Positions 38,252-50,523 of a DNA stretch of 64,000 bases are shown here, one piece after another. The stretch comes from Glycera tridactyla (taxonomy: Eukaryota), in contig OZ286470.1 in the NCBI GenBank assembly GCA_965644265.1, forward strand, positions 84,878,001 to 84,942,000, given 5' to 3'. Position numbers and translations under genes: made by a program. Every line of letters starts with the position of its first letter. The first letter of the stretch is position 1. The notes under the pieces were generated by a model, which worked only from the letters and a program-made list of their open reading frames with translations, was not told the origin of the DNA and did not search any database.

Positions 38252-38870
38252 TTATTTTCCCATTTTATTTAGCCCATAGGGTACAAAGCTTCTGAGTTGG
38301 TATATCCAATTTCTCTCTCGTCTTCGTCGTTTCTTGGTCGTGTCTTGTTCTTCATAGCTGGGGATGGCCTCGAGGATGTAGCACTCGAATTCTCTTCTCC
38401 TTCGATGTCTAGTATTGAAGTGGACTGCCACCGGCATGTCTCTGTTGTGGCGGATGTCGGCGTCGTGTTCCTTATATCTGGTCGCGAATGCTCTTTTAGT
38501 TTCACCAACATATTGCATTTTATGTTCTGGGCAATATAGTAGATAAACTACGTTGCTTGTTTGGCAGTTGACGATTTGTTTTAGCATGTGTGATTGATCG
38601 GTATTGGGGCAGTGGAAAGTTTTCCTTCGGCGCAATTCGTTGCAAATGTTGCATGCAGGTTTTCTGCATTTAGCATCTGATATTTTCGGTGGTTGTCTCA
38701 TTTGATCTATCGGTGGGTATTTGATTTCTGCTCTTATCAGCATTTCCTTTATGTTTGTGCATCTTCTGTATGCTACTAGTGGTTTTGGGCCAACTAACTC
38801 CCTTGTGATTGGTGAGTTTCGTAGGATATGCCAATTCTTTTTCAGTATTTTTGTCAGGTTCGGTATACCT
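38252..38870 (-). pseudogene. Penelope-like ORF C-terminus (thumb/linker + CCHH + GIY-YIG endonuclease), RT lost by 5' truncation
   Basis: IPNLTKILKKNWHIL, PLVAYRR..NIKEML, C..C..C linker, VVYLLYCPEHKMQYVGETKR, RYKEH, VAVHF, RERNWIYQLRSFVPYGLN. Confidence 0.92.
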
Positions 38871-39727
38871 TGTCCAAGATATCCTTGTCCAAACGACGAA
38901 GACGAGAGAGAAATTGGATATACCAACTCAGAAGCTTTGTACCCTATGGGCTAAATAAAATGGGAAAATAAGACATGTTCATTTATTTTATGTTCTAATT
39001 GAAAATTAAGCTGATATTAGATAATCGAGTCTTCTCCTACCTATATCAAATATGCTTCAAATGATGCATCAGGCCTGATAATGCAAAACCCGAAAGATAT
39101 ATTCATTGGTTCATTAGAAGAGGTAATGCAGATTGCCAGACCCTGATCGAGAAGATGGCAATTCATTTGATGCACAAGGCCACTTGGAATTGTAATTTGT
39201 TGTTTTGTTTATCTATACATTGACTCTAGTGGCTGATACACTATGGTATCATATGACATCATGATTTAGAACGGTTACATCAGGATTGGCATTTTGTCAA
39301 GGTGGAGCAAGGAAACAAAGGTTGTCAGTTCAGAGAATACCTTCGTCAGCAAAATAAGATTGAGGTTCGAATGTATAAACTGATAGAAAATTTCATATAT
39401 GTGAAAGCCTTCTCCTTACTATAACAAATATGCTTCAAATGATGCACCAGGCCTGAAAATACAAAATTCAATGGATATATTCTCATTGGTTTGTTTAAAG
39501 AGATGATGAGCATGGCCATCTTGGAAGAAGAGATTAATTGTGATCCTTTCACAGAAGTCCAAATTACCTGTGAATATATACCGATAAATGCCTTCAATGA
39601 ATGCTATTATGTCTTCACGCACCCGAGAAGATGTTGGTCCACGTGATTCGTAGACACATTATGCGATAATTACATCAAGAGTCAGAATCTAGAAATATAT
39701 CACAGTGAAGTCAAATTCTCCGCTTGT

Positions 39728-41170
39728 GGAGTATGATCTATCAGAGATAGTGGATATCTAGTGGAGTGTGATCTATTAGAGATAGTGGATATCTTGTGGA
39801 GTATGATCCATCAAAGGTATTGGATATTTAGTGGTGTATGATCCATCAGAGATGGTTGATATCTAGTGGAGTATGATCTAGCAGAGATAGTGGATTTGTA
39901 GTGGAGTATGATCTATCAGAGAAAGTGGATATTTAGTGGAGTATGATCTATCAGAGATAGTTGATATCTAGTGGAGTATGATTTATTAGAGATAGTGGAT
40001 ATCTAGTGGGGTATGATCTATTAGAGAGATATAGTGGATATCTAGTGGGGTATGATCTTTTAGAGATAGTGGATATCTAGTGGAGTATGATCTATTAGGG
40101 ATAGTAGATTTCTAGTGGAGTATGATCTATCAGAGATAGTGGATATCTAGTAGAGTATGATCTATTAGAGATAGTGGATATGTAGTGGAGTATGATCTAT
40201 CAGAGATAGTGGATATTTAGTTGAGTATGATCTATCAGAGATAGTTGATATCTAGTGGAGTATGATCTATTAGAGATAGTGGATATCTAGTGGAGTATGA
40301 TCTATCAGAGATATATAGTGGATGTTTAGTGGAGTATGATCTATCAGAGCTATATAGTGGATATTTAGTGGAGTATGATCTATTAGAGATAGTGAATATC
40401 TTGGGGAGTATGATATATTGGAGATAGTGGATATCTAGTAGAGTATGATCTATCAGAGATATTGGATATTTAGTGGAGTATGATCTATCAGAGATGGTTG
40501 ATATCTAGTGGAGTATGATCTATCAGAGATAGTGGATATCTTGTGGAGTATGATCTATCAGAGATAGTGGATATTTAGTGGAGTATGATATATTAGAGAT
40601 AGTTGATATCTAGTGAAGTATGATATATTAGAGATAGTTGATATCTAGTGAAGTATGATTTATTAGAGATAGTGGATATCTAGTGGAGTAGGATCCATTA
40701 GAGATATATAGTGGATATCTAGCAGAGTATGATCTATTAGAGATAGTGGATATCTTGTGGAGTATGATCTATCAGAGATAGTGGATATCTTCTGGAGTAT
40801 GATCTAATAGAGATAGTGGATATCTAGTGGAGTATGATCTAATAGAGATAGTGGATATCTAGTGGAGTATGATCTATTAGAGATAGTGGATATCTAGTGG
40901 ATCATAATCTATTAGAGATATATAGTGGATATCTTTTGGAGTATGATCTATTAAAGATTGTTGATATTTAGTGGAGTTTGATCTATTAGGCATAGTGGAT
41001 ATCTAGTGGAGTATGATCTATTAGAGATAGTGGATATCTTGTGGAGTATGATCTATTAGAGATAGTGGATATCTTGTGGAGTATGATATATTAGAGATAG
41101 TTGATATCTAGTGGAGTATGGTCTATCAGAGATATTGAATATCTAGTGGAGTATGATCTATTAGAGATTA
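39728..41170. repeat. 35-bp minisatellite (tagtggagtatgatctattagagatagtggatatc), block 1
   Basis: About 40 units with recurrent +4-bp (atat) variants. Confidence 0.95.
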
Positions 41171-41566
41171 TAACAAATGTGGACCACAAACTGTAGATTG
41201 ATGAGCATTTTTGTTGGCTGCATTTGTGAAATTGTGATCAGCATTGATGTCAAGCCATCTGACTGGAATTCAATTCGAATTCAATCTTTTCCGGTATACT
41301 GCTTGAGATTGATGAGCATTTTTGTTGGTTGCATTTGTGGAAATGTAATCAGCATCGATGTCAAGCCATCTGACTAGCATTCAATCCGAATTTAATCTTT
41401 TCCGGTATACTGCTTGAGATTGATGAGCATTTTTGTTGGTTGCATTTGTGGAAATGTAATCAGCATTGATGTCGAGCCATCTGACCAGAATTCAATTCGA
41501 ATGTAAATTTTTTTTCAGTATACTGCCGCTAAGTTGATACATTGTACTTATCCATGTTGAACATAG

Positions 41567-41588
41567 GTCTGGTGGAGGATGCATGTGC
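41567..41588 (+). pseudogene. Truncated duplicate of EGF exon 5 (acceptor + first 22 nt)
   Basis: gaacatag|gtctggtggaggatgcatgtgc is identical to 42802 onward, then jumps into the minisatellite. Confidence 0.85.
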
Positions 41589-41589
41589 A

Positions 41590-42515
41590 TTAGAGATAGT
41601 GATATCTTGTGGAGTATGATATATCAGAGATAGTGGATATCTAGTAGAGTATGATCTATTAGAGATAGTGGATATGTAGTGAGGAATGATCTATCAGAGA
41701 TAGTGGATATTTAGTGGAGTATGATCTGTCAGAGATAGTTGATATCTAGTGGAGTATGATCTATCAGAGATAGTGGATATCTTGTGGAGTATGATCTGTC
41801 AGAGATAGTGGATATTTAGTGGAGTATGATCTATTAGAGATAGTTGATATCTAATGGAGTATGATTTATTAGAGATAGTTGGTATCTAGTGGAGTATGAT
41901 CCATTAGAGATATATAGTGGATATTTAGTGGAGTATGATCTATCAGAGATGGTTGATATCTAGTGGAGTATGATCTATTAGGGATAGTGGATATCTAGTG
42001 GAGTATGAACTATTAGAGATAGTGGATATCTTGTGGAGTGTGATCTATTGGAGATATTGGATATCTAGTGGAGTATAATCTATTAGAGATAGTGGATATC
42101 TAGCGGAGTATGATCTATCAGAGATAGTGGATATCTAGCGGAGTATGATCTATTAGAGATAGTGGATATTTTCTGGAGTATGATCCAATAGAGTTAGTGG
42201 ATATCTAGTGGAGTATGATCTATTAGAGATAGTGGATATCCAGTGGATCATGATCTATTAGAGATATATAGTGGATATCTATTGGAGTATGATCTATTAA
42301 AGATAGTGGATATTTAGTGGAGTTCGATCTATTAGGCATAGTGGATATCTAGTGGAATATGATCTATTAGAGATAGTGGATATCTTGTGGAGTATGATCT
42401 ATAAGAGATAGTTGATATCTTGTGGAGTATGATATATTAGAGATAGTGGATATCTATTGGAGTATGATCTATCAGAGATATTGAATATCTAGTGGAGTAT
42501 GATCTATCAGAGATT
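41590..42515. repeat. 35-bp minisatellite, block 2 (duplicate of the end of block 1)
   Basis: Same order of rare variant units as 40250-41170 (e.g. taggcatag at ~40987 and ~42333). Confidence 0.95.
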
Positions 42516-42801
42516 ATAACAAATGTGGACCACAAACTGTAGATTGATTAGCATTTTTGTTGGTTGCTTTTGTGAAATTGTGATCGGCATTGATGTCAAG
42601 CCATCTGACTAGAATTCAGTTCGAATTTAATCTTTTTCCGGTATACTGCTTGAGATTGATGAGCATTTTTGTTGGTTGCATTTGTGGAAATGTAATCAGC
42701 ATTGATGTCGAGCCATCTGACCAGAATTCAATTCGAATGTAAACTTTTTTCAGTATACTGCCGCTAAGTTAATACATTGTACTTATCCATGTTGAACATA
42801 G

Positions 42802-42921
42802 GTCTGGTGGAGGATGCATGTGCTAGTGGCCCTTGTCAGAATGGTGGAACATGTGATGTTGTCGGAGATGGGTATGAGTGTACATGTGCCGATGGGTACA
42901 GTGGGAGTGATTGTGAAACAG
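42802..42921 (+). CDS. EGF-like exon 5: [39 protein letters not shown]
   Basis: TAG/GT, 120 bp, phase 1-1. Confidence 0.92.
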
Positions 42922-43589
42922 GTGTGTGATATTCTCCTTATAATGGTATATCAAATCCACTTTTGCATGATTTTGCATGTTCAGTTTGTAGTGAATGTTT
43001 CCCAAACTCCAATGATATCCTGCAGATATCAGCAGATGTATCGATTGTTCATGACTGATGAACAATTGCCCAAAATCCACCTTTGTATATTCAATTCAAT
43101 TCGATTTATTTCAAAGTACTTTATCACGGCCTTATCCATATAAGACATTGGCATCACAAATATAATAAAGCAACACAATTCGACAAAAGCGTAAAGAGAC
43201 ACAAATTGACAAAAACGCATCTACATATATACACACAATTTATACGAATCATGATTAAAGACAGGAGCAGACCGATATAGTATGGGTCAAGTTAAGTTAC
43301 CTGCTTGGTCAACTTTGGAGTCAGTGTGGTCTCTGCTGTCTGGATCTCTTTTCAATGCCTGTTCTAATGAATTGGCAGATTGCCATGGCTACGGGTGCTG
43401 TCTGTGCTTGTGTATATGCCACATTTCTGCATCCACAAGGCATACCATGAAAGTCCTGTTTAGAATCCAGCTATACACAAGGGTCACTTCCCCAATGTGC
43501 ATGAGGTATGGAGGCCCAAAAACAGTAGGTTGAATACAGGTTCGCCTGTGGGCGCATGTAGCACATAGCAGTGACCCTCGTCAATGTTA

Positions 43590-43758
43590 GGAATTATAGC
43601 AAGAAATCCTGGGGTTTTGTCCTGACGAGTTATACACCACGAGGTGTGTATTGTCAGTATAATTCACGAGGCTGAAGGCCGAGTGAATTATAGTGGCAAT
43701 ACACAGAGTGGTGTATAACTCGTTGGAACAACACCCCATGCTTTCTTGCCTATATACC
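43590..43758. mobile_element. Palindromic (hairpin) MITE
   Basis: acgagttatacaccac/gtggtgtataactcgt perfect IR, a second IR gtgtattg..ataattcac, central gaggctgaaggccgag; absent from the paralogous next intron. Confidence 0.75.
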
Positions 43759-44638
43759 ACGATTTATCATGCTAATTGATGGCTGTTAGCTCATCAGAGT
43801 GGAATTCAGTTCATTTGTTGATTCCATTTATTTCACCATGAACCGTTTGTATGAAACATACAGGAGTTTCAAGAATAATTAACTAGTGCAAATAGGCAGA
43901 ATTTCACTCAGTAATAGCTAGTGATCAGAAAGTAGTCTTTTTGAACAGGACAGAACATGGGAGATCCATCAATATATTTTTGTGTGTGAAGAACTAAAAT
44001 TCATATCATGCACTCAAAAATTGAATGGAGTTGGAATCAGTTAACAGGCAGTTGAGCCGCCTGCTGATCACGTTGCATGGAACATGTCCGCGGTACAAGA
44101 GACAATGGGGAGTCACGTGACTTCGCATTATTCAACACTCTTATATTCAAGCCATCCCCGCGCTGATCGTGGTATATCATATAATGACATCGATTTGGGA
44201 CCGGAGTGTGTGTGTCCTTAGGAATGAGGTGGATATGATCGTGAGTCATGTCAGTTGGTTTCCAGATATCGAGACTGCTCTGCGATGTATGCACAGTGAA
44301 TGGCAACACCTGAGCCTAGTTAGGTAGACCAATCTAGCATATGTATTGATGATCCAGTACACTCAACTCACTGTAAACTCTGCCAATTTGATTTCATCAA
44401 GCCTCCCCCCCCCCCCATCCTTATCAGGTATGATGAAAGTATTGTGTTGGCCTGAAAATACAAGAAAACATTCGGTAATCTCATCGATTTTATGAGGAAA
44501 ATTGATGTACAGTGTATTTTGTCGTTCCTAAAACATCAGTTGATAGCCCATTGTAGGATTGGCCATGAGATCATGCCTGATGAATATGGACCACAACCTG
44601 TAGATCGGTGATAAGTTTTATATTCATGTTCATCACAG

Positions 44639-44761
44639 GTCTGGACGAGGAGGATGCATGTGCTAGTGGTCCTTGCCAGAATGGTGGAACATGTGATGTT
44701 GTCGGAGATGGGTATGAGTGCACATGTGCCGATGGGTACAGTGGGAGTGATTGTGAAACAG
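44639..44761 (+). CDS. EGF-like exon 6: [40 protein letters not shown]
   Basis: CAG/GT, 123 bp, phase 1-1. Confidence 0.92.
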
Positions 44762-45867
44762 GTGTGTGATATTCTCCTTATATTGGTATACCAAATCCAC
44801 TTTCGTATGATTGTGCATGTTAAGTTTGTAGGGAATGTTAATGATATCCTGCAGATATCAGCAGATGTATCGATTGTTCATGACTGATGAACAATTGCCC
44901 AAAATTCACCTTTGTATATTCAATTCAATTCAAAGTACTTTAATACGGTCTTATTCATACAAGACATTGGCATCACGAATATAATACAATTCGACAAAAA
45001 CGTAAAGGAACACAAATTGACAAGAACACATCTACATATATACAAATCATACGAATCATGATTAAAGACAGAAGCAGACCGATATAGTATGGGTTAAGTT
45101 AAGTTACCTGCTTGGTCAACTTTGGAGCCGGTGTGGTCTCTGCTGTCAGTGGATCTCTTTTCAACGCCTGTTCTAATAAATTGGCAGATTGCCATGGCTA
45201 TGGGTGCTGTTCGTGCTTGTATATATGCCATATTTCTGCATCCCCAAGGCATACTGTAAAAGCCCTGCTTAGAGCCTAGCTATACACAGGGGTCACTTCC
45301 CCAATGTGCACATGGTATGCAGGCTCGATAACAGTAGTTCTTATACAGGTCCGCCTGTGGGCGCATGTAACACGTTGCAGTGATCCTCGTCAATATGACG
45401 GATCATATAATGACATATAATGACATGGACAGGAGTGTGTGTGTCCTTAGGAATGATGTGGATATGATCGTAAGACATGTGAGTTGGTTTCTAGATATCG
45501 AGACTGCTCTGCGATGTATGCACAGTGAATGGCAACACCTGAGTCTAGTTAGGTAGACCAATCTGGCATATGTATCGATGATTCAGGGCACTTAACTAAC
45601 TGGAAATTCTGCCAATTTGATTTCATCAAGCCTCCCCCCCCCCCCCCCCTCATCAGGTAGGGTGAGAGCATTGTGTTGGCCTGAAAATACAAGAAAACAT
45701 TCGGTAATCTCATCGATTTTATGAGGAAAATTGATGTAGAGTGTATTTTGTCGTTCCTAAAACATTAGTTGATAGCCCATTGTAGGATTGGCAATGAGAT
45801 CATGCCTGATAAATATGGACCACGATTTGTAGATCAGTGATAAGTTTTATATTTATGTTCATCACAG

Positions 45868-45990
45868 GTCTGGAGGAGGATGACGCATGTGTTAGTGGTC
45901 CTTGTCAGAATGGTGGAACATGTAATACTGTTGAAGATGGGTATGAATGTATGTGTCCTGATGAGTACACTGGAAATGACTGTGAAACAG
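45868..45990 (+). CDS. EGF-like exon 7: [40 protein letters not shown]
   Basis: CAG/GT, 123 bp, phase 1-1. Confidence 0.92.
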
Positions 45991-46726
45991 GTGTGTTGAA
46001 ATCTTCCTATCTTGGTAGTGCAACTTCAATGAGGCATGGTTGTGTGTGCGAAGGTTTTAGAGAAGATTCCCCACACACCAATTATCACAATTCCCCCCCC
46101 CCCCCCCCCAAAAAAAAAATATATATACCTGATATTAGCTCGACAAATGTATTTATTTTCATCACTCATGAACTCGTATGTGTATGTGAAAGTGAAAGTG
46201 TGAATGATTATTCCTGGGTGTTGATTGGGTGAGTATTTCCTCCTCTAGTTTTATCATTTGCTAATTTGTTTGTAAATATCGTACGCTTCGAATGTATCAT
46301 ATTGTATTGACGATGGGTAGAAATGTGTGTCCCGAGGGACAACCGAATTGTCTACTTGTCCAATGCAATCGAGAGTGTAGATGTCACATAGTACCAATTT
46401 GATCTCCTGTCCAAGCAATGATCGCCAGTTTGTTGCCTAGCAGGTTCATGTATACATTGTGAATCTACGCCGTATAAAGGACAAGATCAAAATCTTTATA
46501 CACATATAGATTGAAATTATTTGATTGATTGCTCCTGAGTGCTAGAGACCCATACCACAATAAATATGAGAAATAATATTTCCACATTTCCTTATTTTCC
46601 TTATGACATGTTTTGGTCATATAAGAAAGGAAAAGTAAGAACACCTGGGAATGAATGATACGATTTTCCTGCCACTGTCTTTAACATTCAGTGCCTCTGA
46701 AAGATTCAACTGCCAATGTTCAAATC

Positions 46727-47482
46727 ACATTCCTATTCATACAATCTCATATCATGATACATTCCTATTCATGACATTCCTATTCATACCATCTCATATC
46801 ATAATACATTCCTATTCATGACACTCCTATTCATACCATCTCATATCATAATGCATTCCTATTCATGACATTCTTATTCATGACATCTCATATCATGATA
46901 CATTCCTATTCATGACATTCCTATTCATACCATCTCATATCATGATACATTCCTATTCATGACATTCCTATACATACCATCTCATCTCATGATACATTTC
47001 TATTCATGACATTCCTATTCATACCATCTCATATCATAATACATTTCTATTCATGACATTTCTATCCATGCCATCTCATATCATAATACATTCCTATTCA
47101 TGACATTTATATTCATACCATCTCATATCATAATACATTCCTATTCATGACATCTCATATCATAATACATTCCTATTCATGACATTTCTATCCATACCAT
47201 CTCATATCATGATACATTCCTATGCATGACATTTTTATTGATAACATCTCATATCATAATACATTCCTATTCATGACATCTCATATCATAATACATTCCT
47301 ATTCATGACATTTCTATCCATACCATCTCATATCATAATACATTCCTATTCATGACATTTCTATCCATACCATCTCATATCATAATACATTCCTATTCAT
47401 GACATTTCTATCCATACCATCTCATATCATAATACATTCCTATTCATGACATTCCTATTCATACCATCTCATATCATAATAC
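46727..47482. repeat. ~47-bp minisatellite (cattcctattcatgacattcctattcataccatctcatatcataata)
   Basis: Direct; built from ~15-17-bp subunits. Confidence 0.9.
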
Positions 47483-47764
47483 AACCCGTTCATCATATCA
47501 GCTGAGTACAGCTATATTACCTGTATCATACATACATCACTTTCTTCATCATACTCCGAATTAGTTGAGAATTCATATCTTGGTCATGCCGGAAACGCCC
47601 CAGTTTGGAGCAATTGTGCATAACATTGGTTAACATTAATCTGTTCATATGTTCAATGTTCTATGTTGTTCAATGTCGATCTTTGACGAAGGAAAATAAA
47701 GAAACTCCAATCAATCAATGCATTCAGTCACAGTGACATCATGGATATGATGTTGGTCTTGCAG

Positions 47765-47875
47765 ATAGTGTGTGTATTAGTGATCCTTGTCTGAACGGCG
47801 GAACATGTGGAGACATCGAAGATGGCTACGAATGTACGTGTCCTGAGAATTACAGTGGAGCTCATTGTGAAACAG
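47765..47875 (+). CDS. EGF-like exon 8: [36 protein letters not shown]
   Basis: CAG/GTACGT, 111 bp, phase 1-1. Confidence 0.92.
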
Positions 47876-48961
47876 GTACGTTGGTTTCTCAAATATTTTG
47901 ATTTGAAAGTTTTGATGACAAATGAGCAATTCATGCATGTGTAAGAAAAATGCATCTAATACCGATTATTTGGGATTTTAGATCATGAAAATCGGACCAG
48001 AATTAGTGGAGATAGAGTATATAGTTTATATACAGTTATAGTAGCCTTCAGTTACCAGTTGTGGGGGTTTCCTTGTCCAAGCTCCGATGAACGAGTGTAT
48101 CTGAACCTACATTGAAGGATAACTCAGTCTTATAATTATCCACAGAGTCATTGGAGTGCATCAGTCACCATGGAAACACTGGAGCGCTCATCTTGATGGT
48201 GTTAAATGACAACGTTATTTGGTATTTGGTTATTGTATTTACGTTTTTTGCCTAATATGTATGGAATGGAGATGAGCTGACTCAGCACATCTCCAGGAAT
48301 AGATACTATGGAGCCCTATGGAGCCCTATGAAGCCTTATGAAGCCTTATGAAGCCTGATTATCCATTCACCATGGATACTGTCGGTGTTTAGTATCCTGC
48401 AAATGCTGGATCTAACCTTTTTCTCACAATAGCGATATCAATAACTATCGAGAAATAGATCCCACGGTGATTCCAATTGAGAGAATCTTTTGGACAATAT
48501 ATTCCTCGATTTTGATCCAGTCATATGTCTCTCACTTTCTTGTTTTATAAGCAGCGGGTGTGAATACACTATTGTCATCTTCTTACAAGTGAATTTTCAT
48601 CAACGCTTAAGTGGTATAATTGTACCAATATGGTATCTATCGTGGGATAATCGTATCATTTCTTTCCTACCCACATTGAATGGATGTGGCTCATTTCCTT
48701 TATGTTGTTAGAGGTGTGTCCCATGTCATTACTACAATCACTCTGTGACAAATTTCGGTTTCACTATCAGCTTGTGTCCTGGGTTTGTGGGAGTCATGCC
48801 TACAAGGGACACGGTATGCAGCTTCCATTTAACGCCCCTAAACCCCTACCAACCAAGCTCCACGCAGTGGAGACGATTTCACTCTTGAATGATATTGGAC
48901 AGTTTGGTGAATGTGTTAAGGAGACTAGATTGTGACGTTACATCACTACTTTTGGTTACAG

Positions 48962-49072
48962 ACATCGAGTGTTATGATGACCCATGTCAGAATGGGGGAA
49001 CATGCGTCTATCAAGCGGGTGATTTCATCTGTAACTGTCCTGACTACTATAGGGGGGAGGTGTGTGAAACAG
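48962..49072 (+). CDS. EGF-like exon 9: [36 protein letters not shown]
   Basis: CAG/GTAAGC, 111 bp, phase 1-1. Confidence 0.92.
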
Positions 49073-49148
49073 GTAAGCGAACATAATTGAGAATTTTTCG
49101 AGAGTTCTCACTCACTTTTGGCGGTTATTACTCAGTACAACAATTTAA

Positions 49149-49198
49149 TGATCATCATCATCATGATCATCATGATCATGATCATGATCATCATCATG

Positions 49199-49240
<42 letters not shown>
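49149..49240. repeat. (CAT/GAT)n microsatellite
   Basis: Direct. Confidence 0.95.
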
Positions 49241-49243
<3 letters not shown>

Positions 49244-49430
49244 CCCAACTGGAACAATTTCCCATGTGTCAAAAACAGGGAATTATTTAGGAAGAGACTG
49301 AATCATCAGATGAGACTTTTTCTGGATACCAGCGAAATCTGAGAGACTACTTCATGAATCAACATACATTCTGCAAGGTTACCCATTCAAAAGTTTATCG
49401 GGGGTTTCCAAATTATTCACATCTGATTAC

Positions 49431-49940
49431 TGCCATGGCACAAGCTTTGTCTATTCGAATTGTGTCCAGATTCTACAAATTGTAATCAATATATAGACTA
49501 AGGTTGTGCCATGGCACAAGGTTAGTTTTGATATTCAGTAGCATATCATTCAAGATTCGTCTCTCGGAAGCATGTTTAGGGTCTTCAAACAATGAAGGGA
49601 ATGTTAAAAACCATGAAATCGAGGGATAAAAGTCTGTTCAATGCTTGTCCTGGGTTTATGAGCAATTGAAGAAATAGTAACTAAGGTTGTGCCATGGCAC
49701 AAGGTTAGTCTACATAGCACTTGTCCCAGCTTTACAAGCTATTGACAGCATACAGGCTAATGCTGTGTCATGGAAGGAGAATTGTTTGCCAAAAACCCTT
49801 CTTGGGTGTACACATGATTGACAGAATGTTAACAAAGGTTGTACCTAATAAAAATATGTCCTTTCAGTTGGTTGTTCAAGAATTACGAGCAAAAAGAGAG
49901 TGGACCTGGTAACTAAGGTTGTGCCACGGCACAAGGTTAG
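49431..49940. repeat. Dispersed quasi-palindromic ~30-bp motif (ctaagg-ttgtgccatggcacaa-ggttag), 3 full copies + 1 partial
   Basis: Core palindrome at 49504-49519, 49687-49702 and 49919-49934 (one mismatch); partial at 49431-49444. Confidence 0.85.
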
Positions 49941-50523
49941 CTCAAGGGAAATAATTCTTGATCAGATATCCTTAAAATCCTGATGCATGACAAAAATACT
50001 TGAATATGTAGAACAAACGCTTTGAGTAGAAGCAAGCAATTCAAGTAGTTAAAGATTATGAAATTGGCTAAACATTCATTGTTTCCGCTGATTTTCTGAA
50101 AAAGTCTCACTGAATGATCGAGTCTCATCCTAAATAATTCACTGCTCAAAGTGGTTTGTGATTTCACCTACAATATCCCGGCACCATGTTTCTTGAATGG
50201 TACTGGGTGTCCTGTTCATTGGTGATGTCGATTTCAGAAAATCCTCGGCTAATGCAAACAACAAATCAAAACGAAAACGTTGCGGGCAATCAAATGATAA
50301 AATAATACTGTTATTACCAATGATAAATTGATGGGAATGATTCTAGTGTCACGGGAAATCAAAGATTCCCTTAGTGCAATGTGTGCGATTTCGTTGAGTT
50401 CACCCAGGGAGGGTATTCCCGCTAGATTACCAAATGTAAACTACCAAAGTACCTGCCGTATTCAATTGAAGTTACGATCAATGTCACCTCCACAGGCAAT
50501 TCCTATTTTCTTTCATTTTCCAG

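Larger units (their letters stand above)
36088..38994 (-). mobile_element. 5'-truncated Penelope-like element with inverted 5' end, zinc-finger ORF and hammerhead ribozyme
   Basis: Exact 16-bp TSD ctaattgaaaattaag at 36072-36087 and 38995-39010; GIY-YIG ORF; 107-bp perfect inverted repeat; hammerhead near the 3' end. Confidence 0.9.

Noticed and set aside
49087-49342. Poly-His / poly-Ile ORFs
   Set aside because: (CAT)n microsatellite in an intron.
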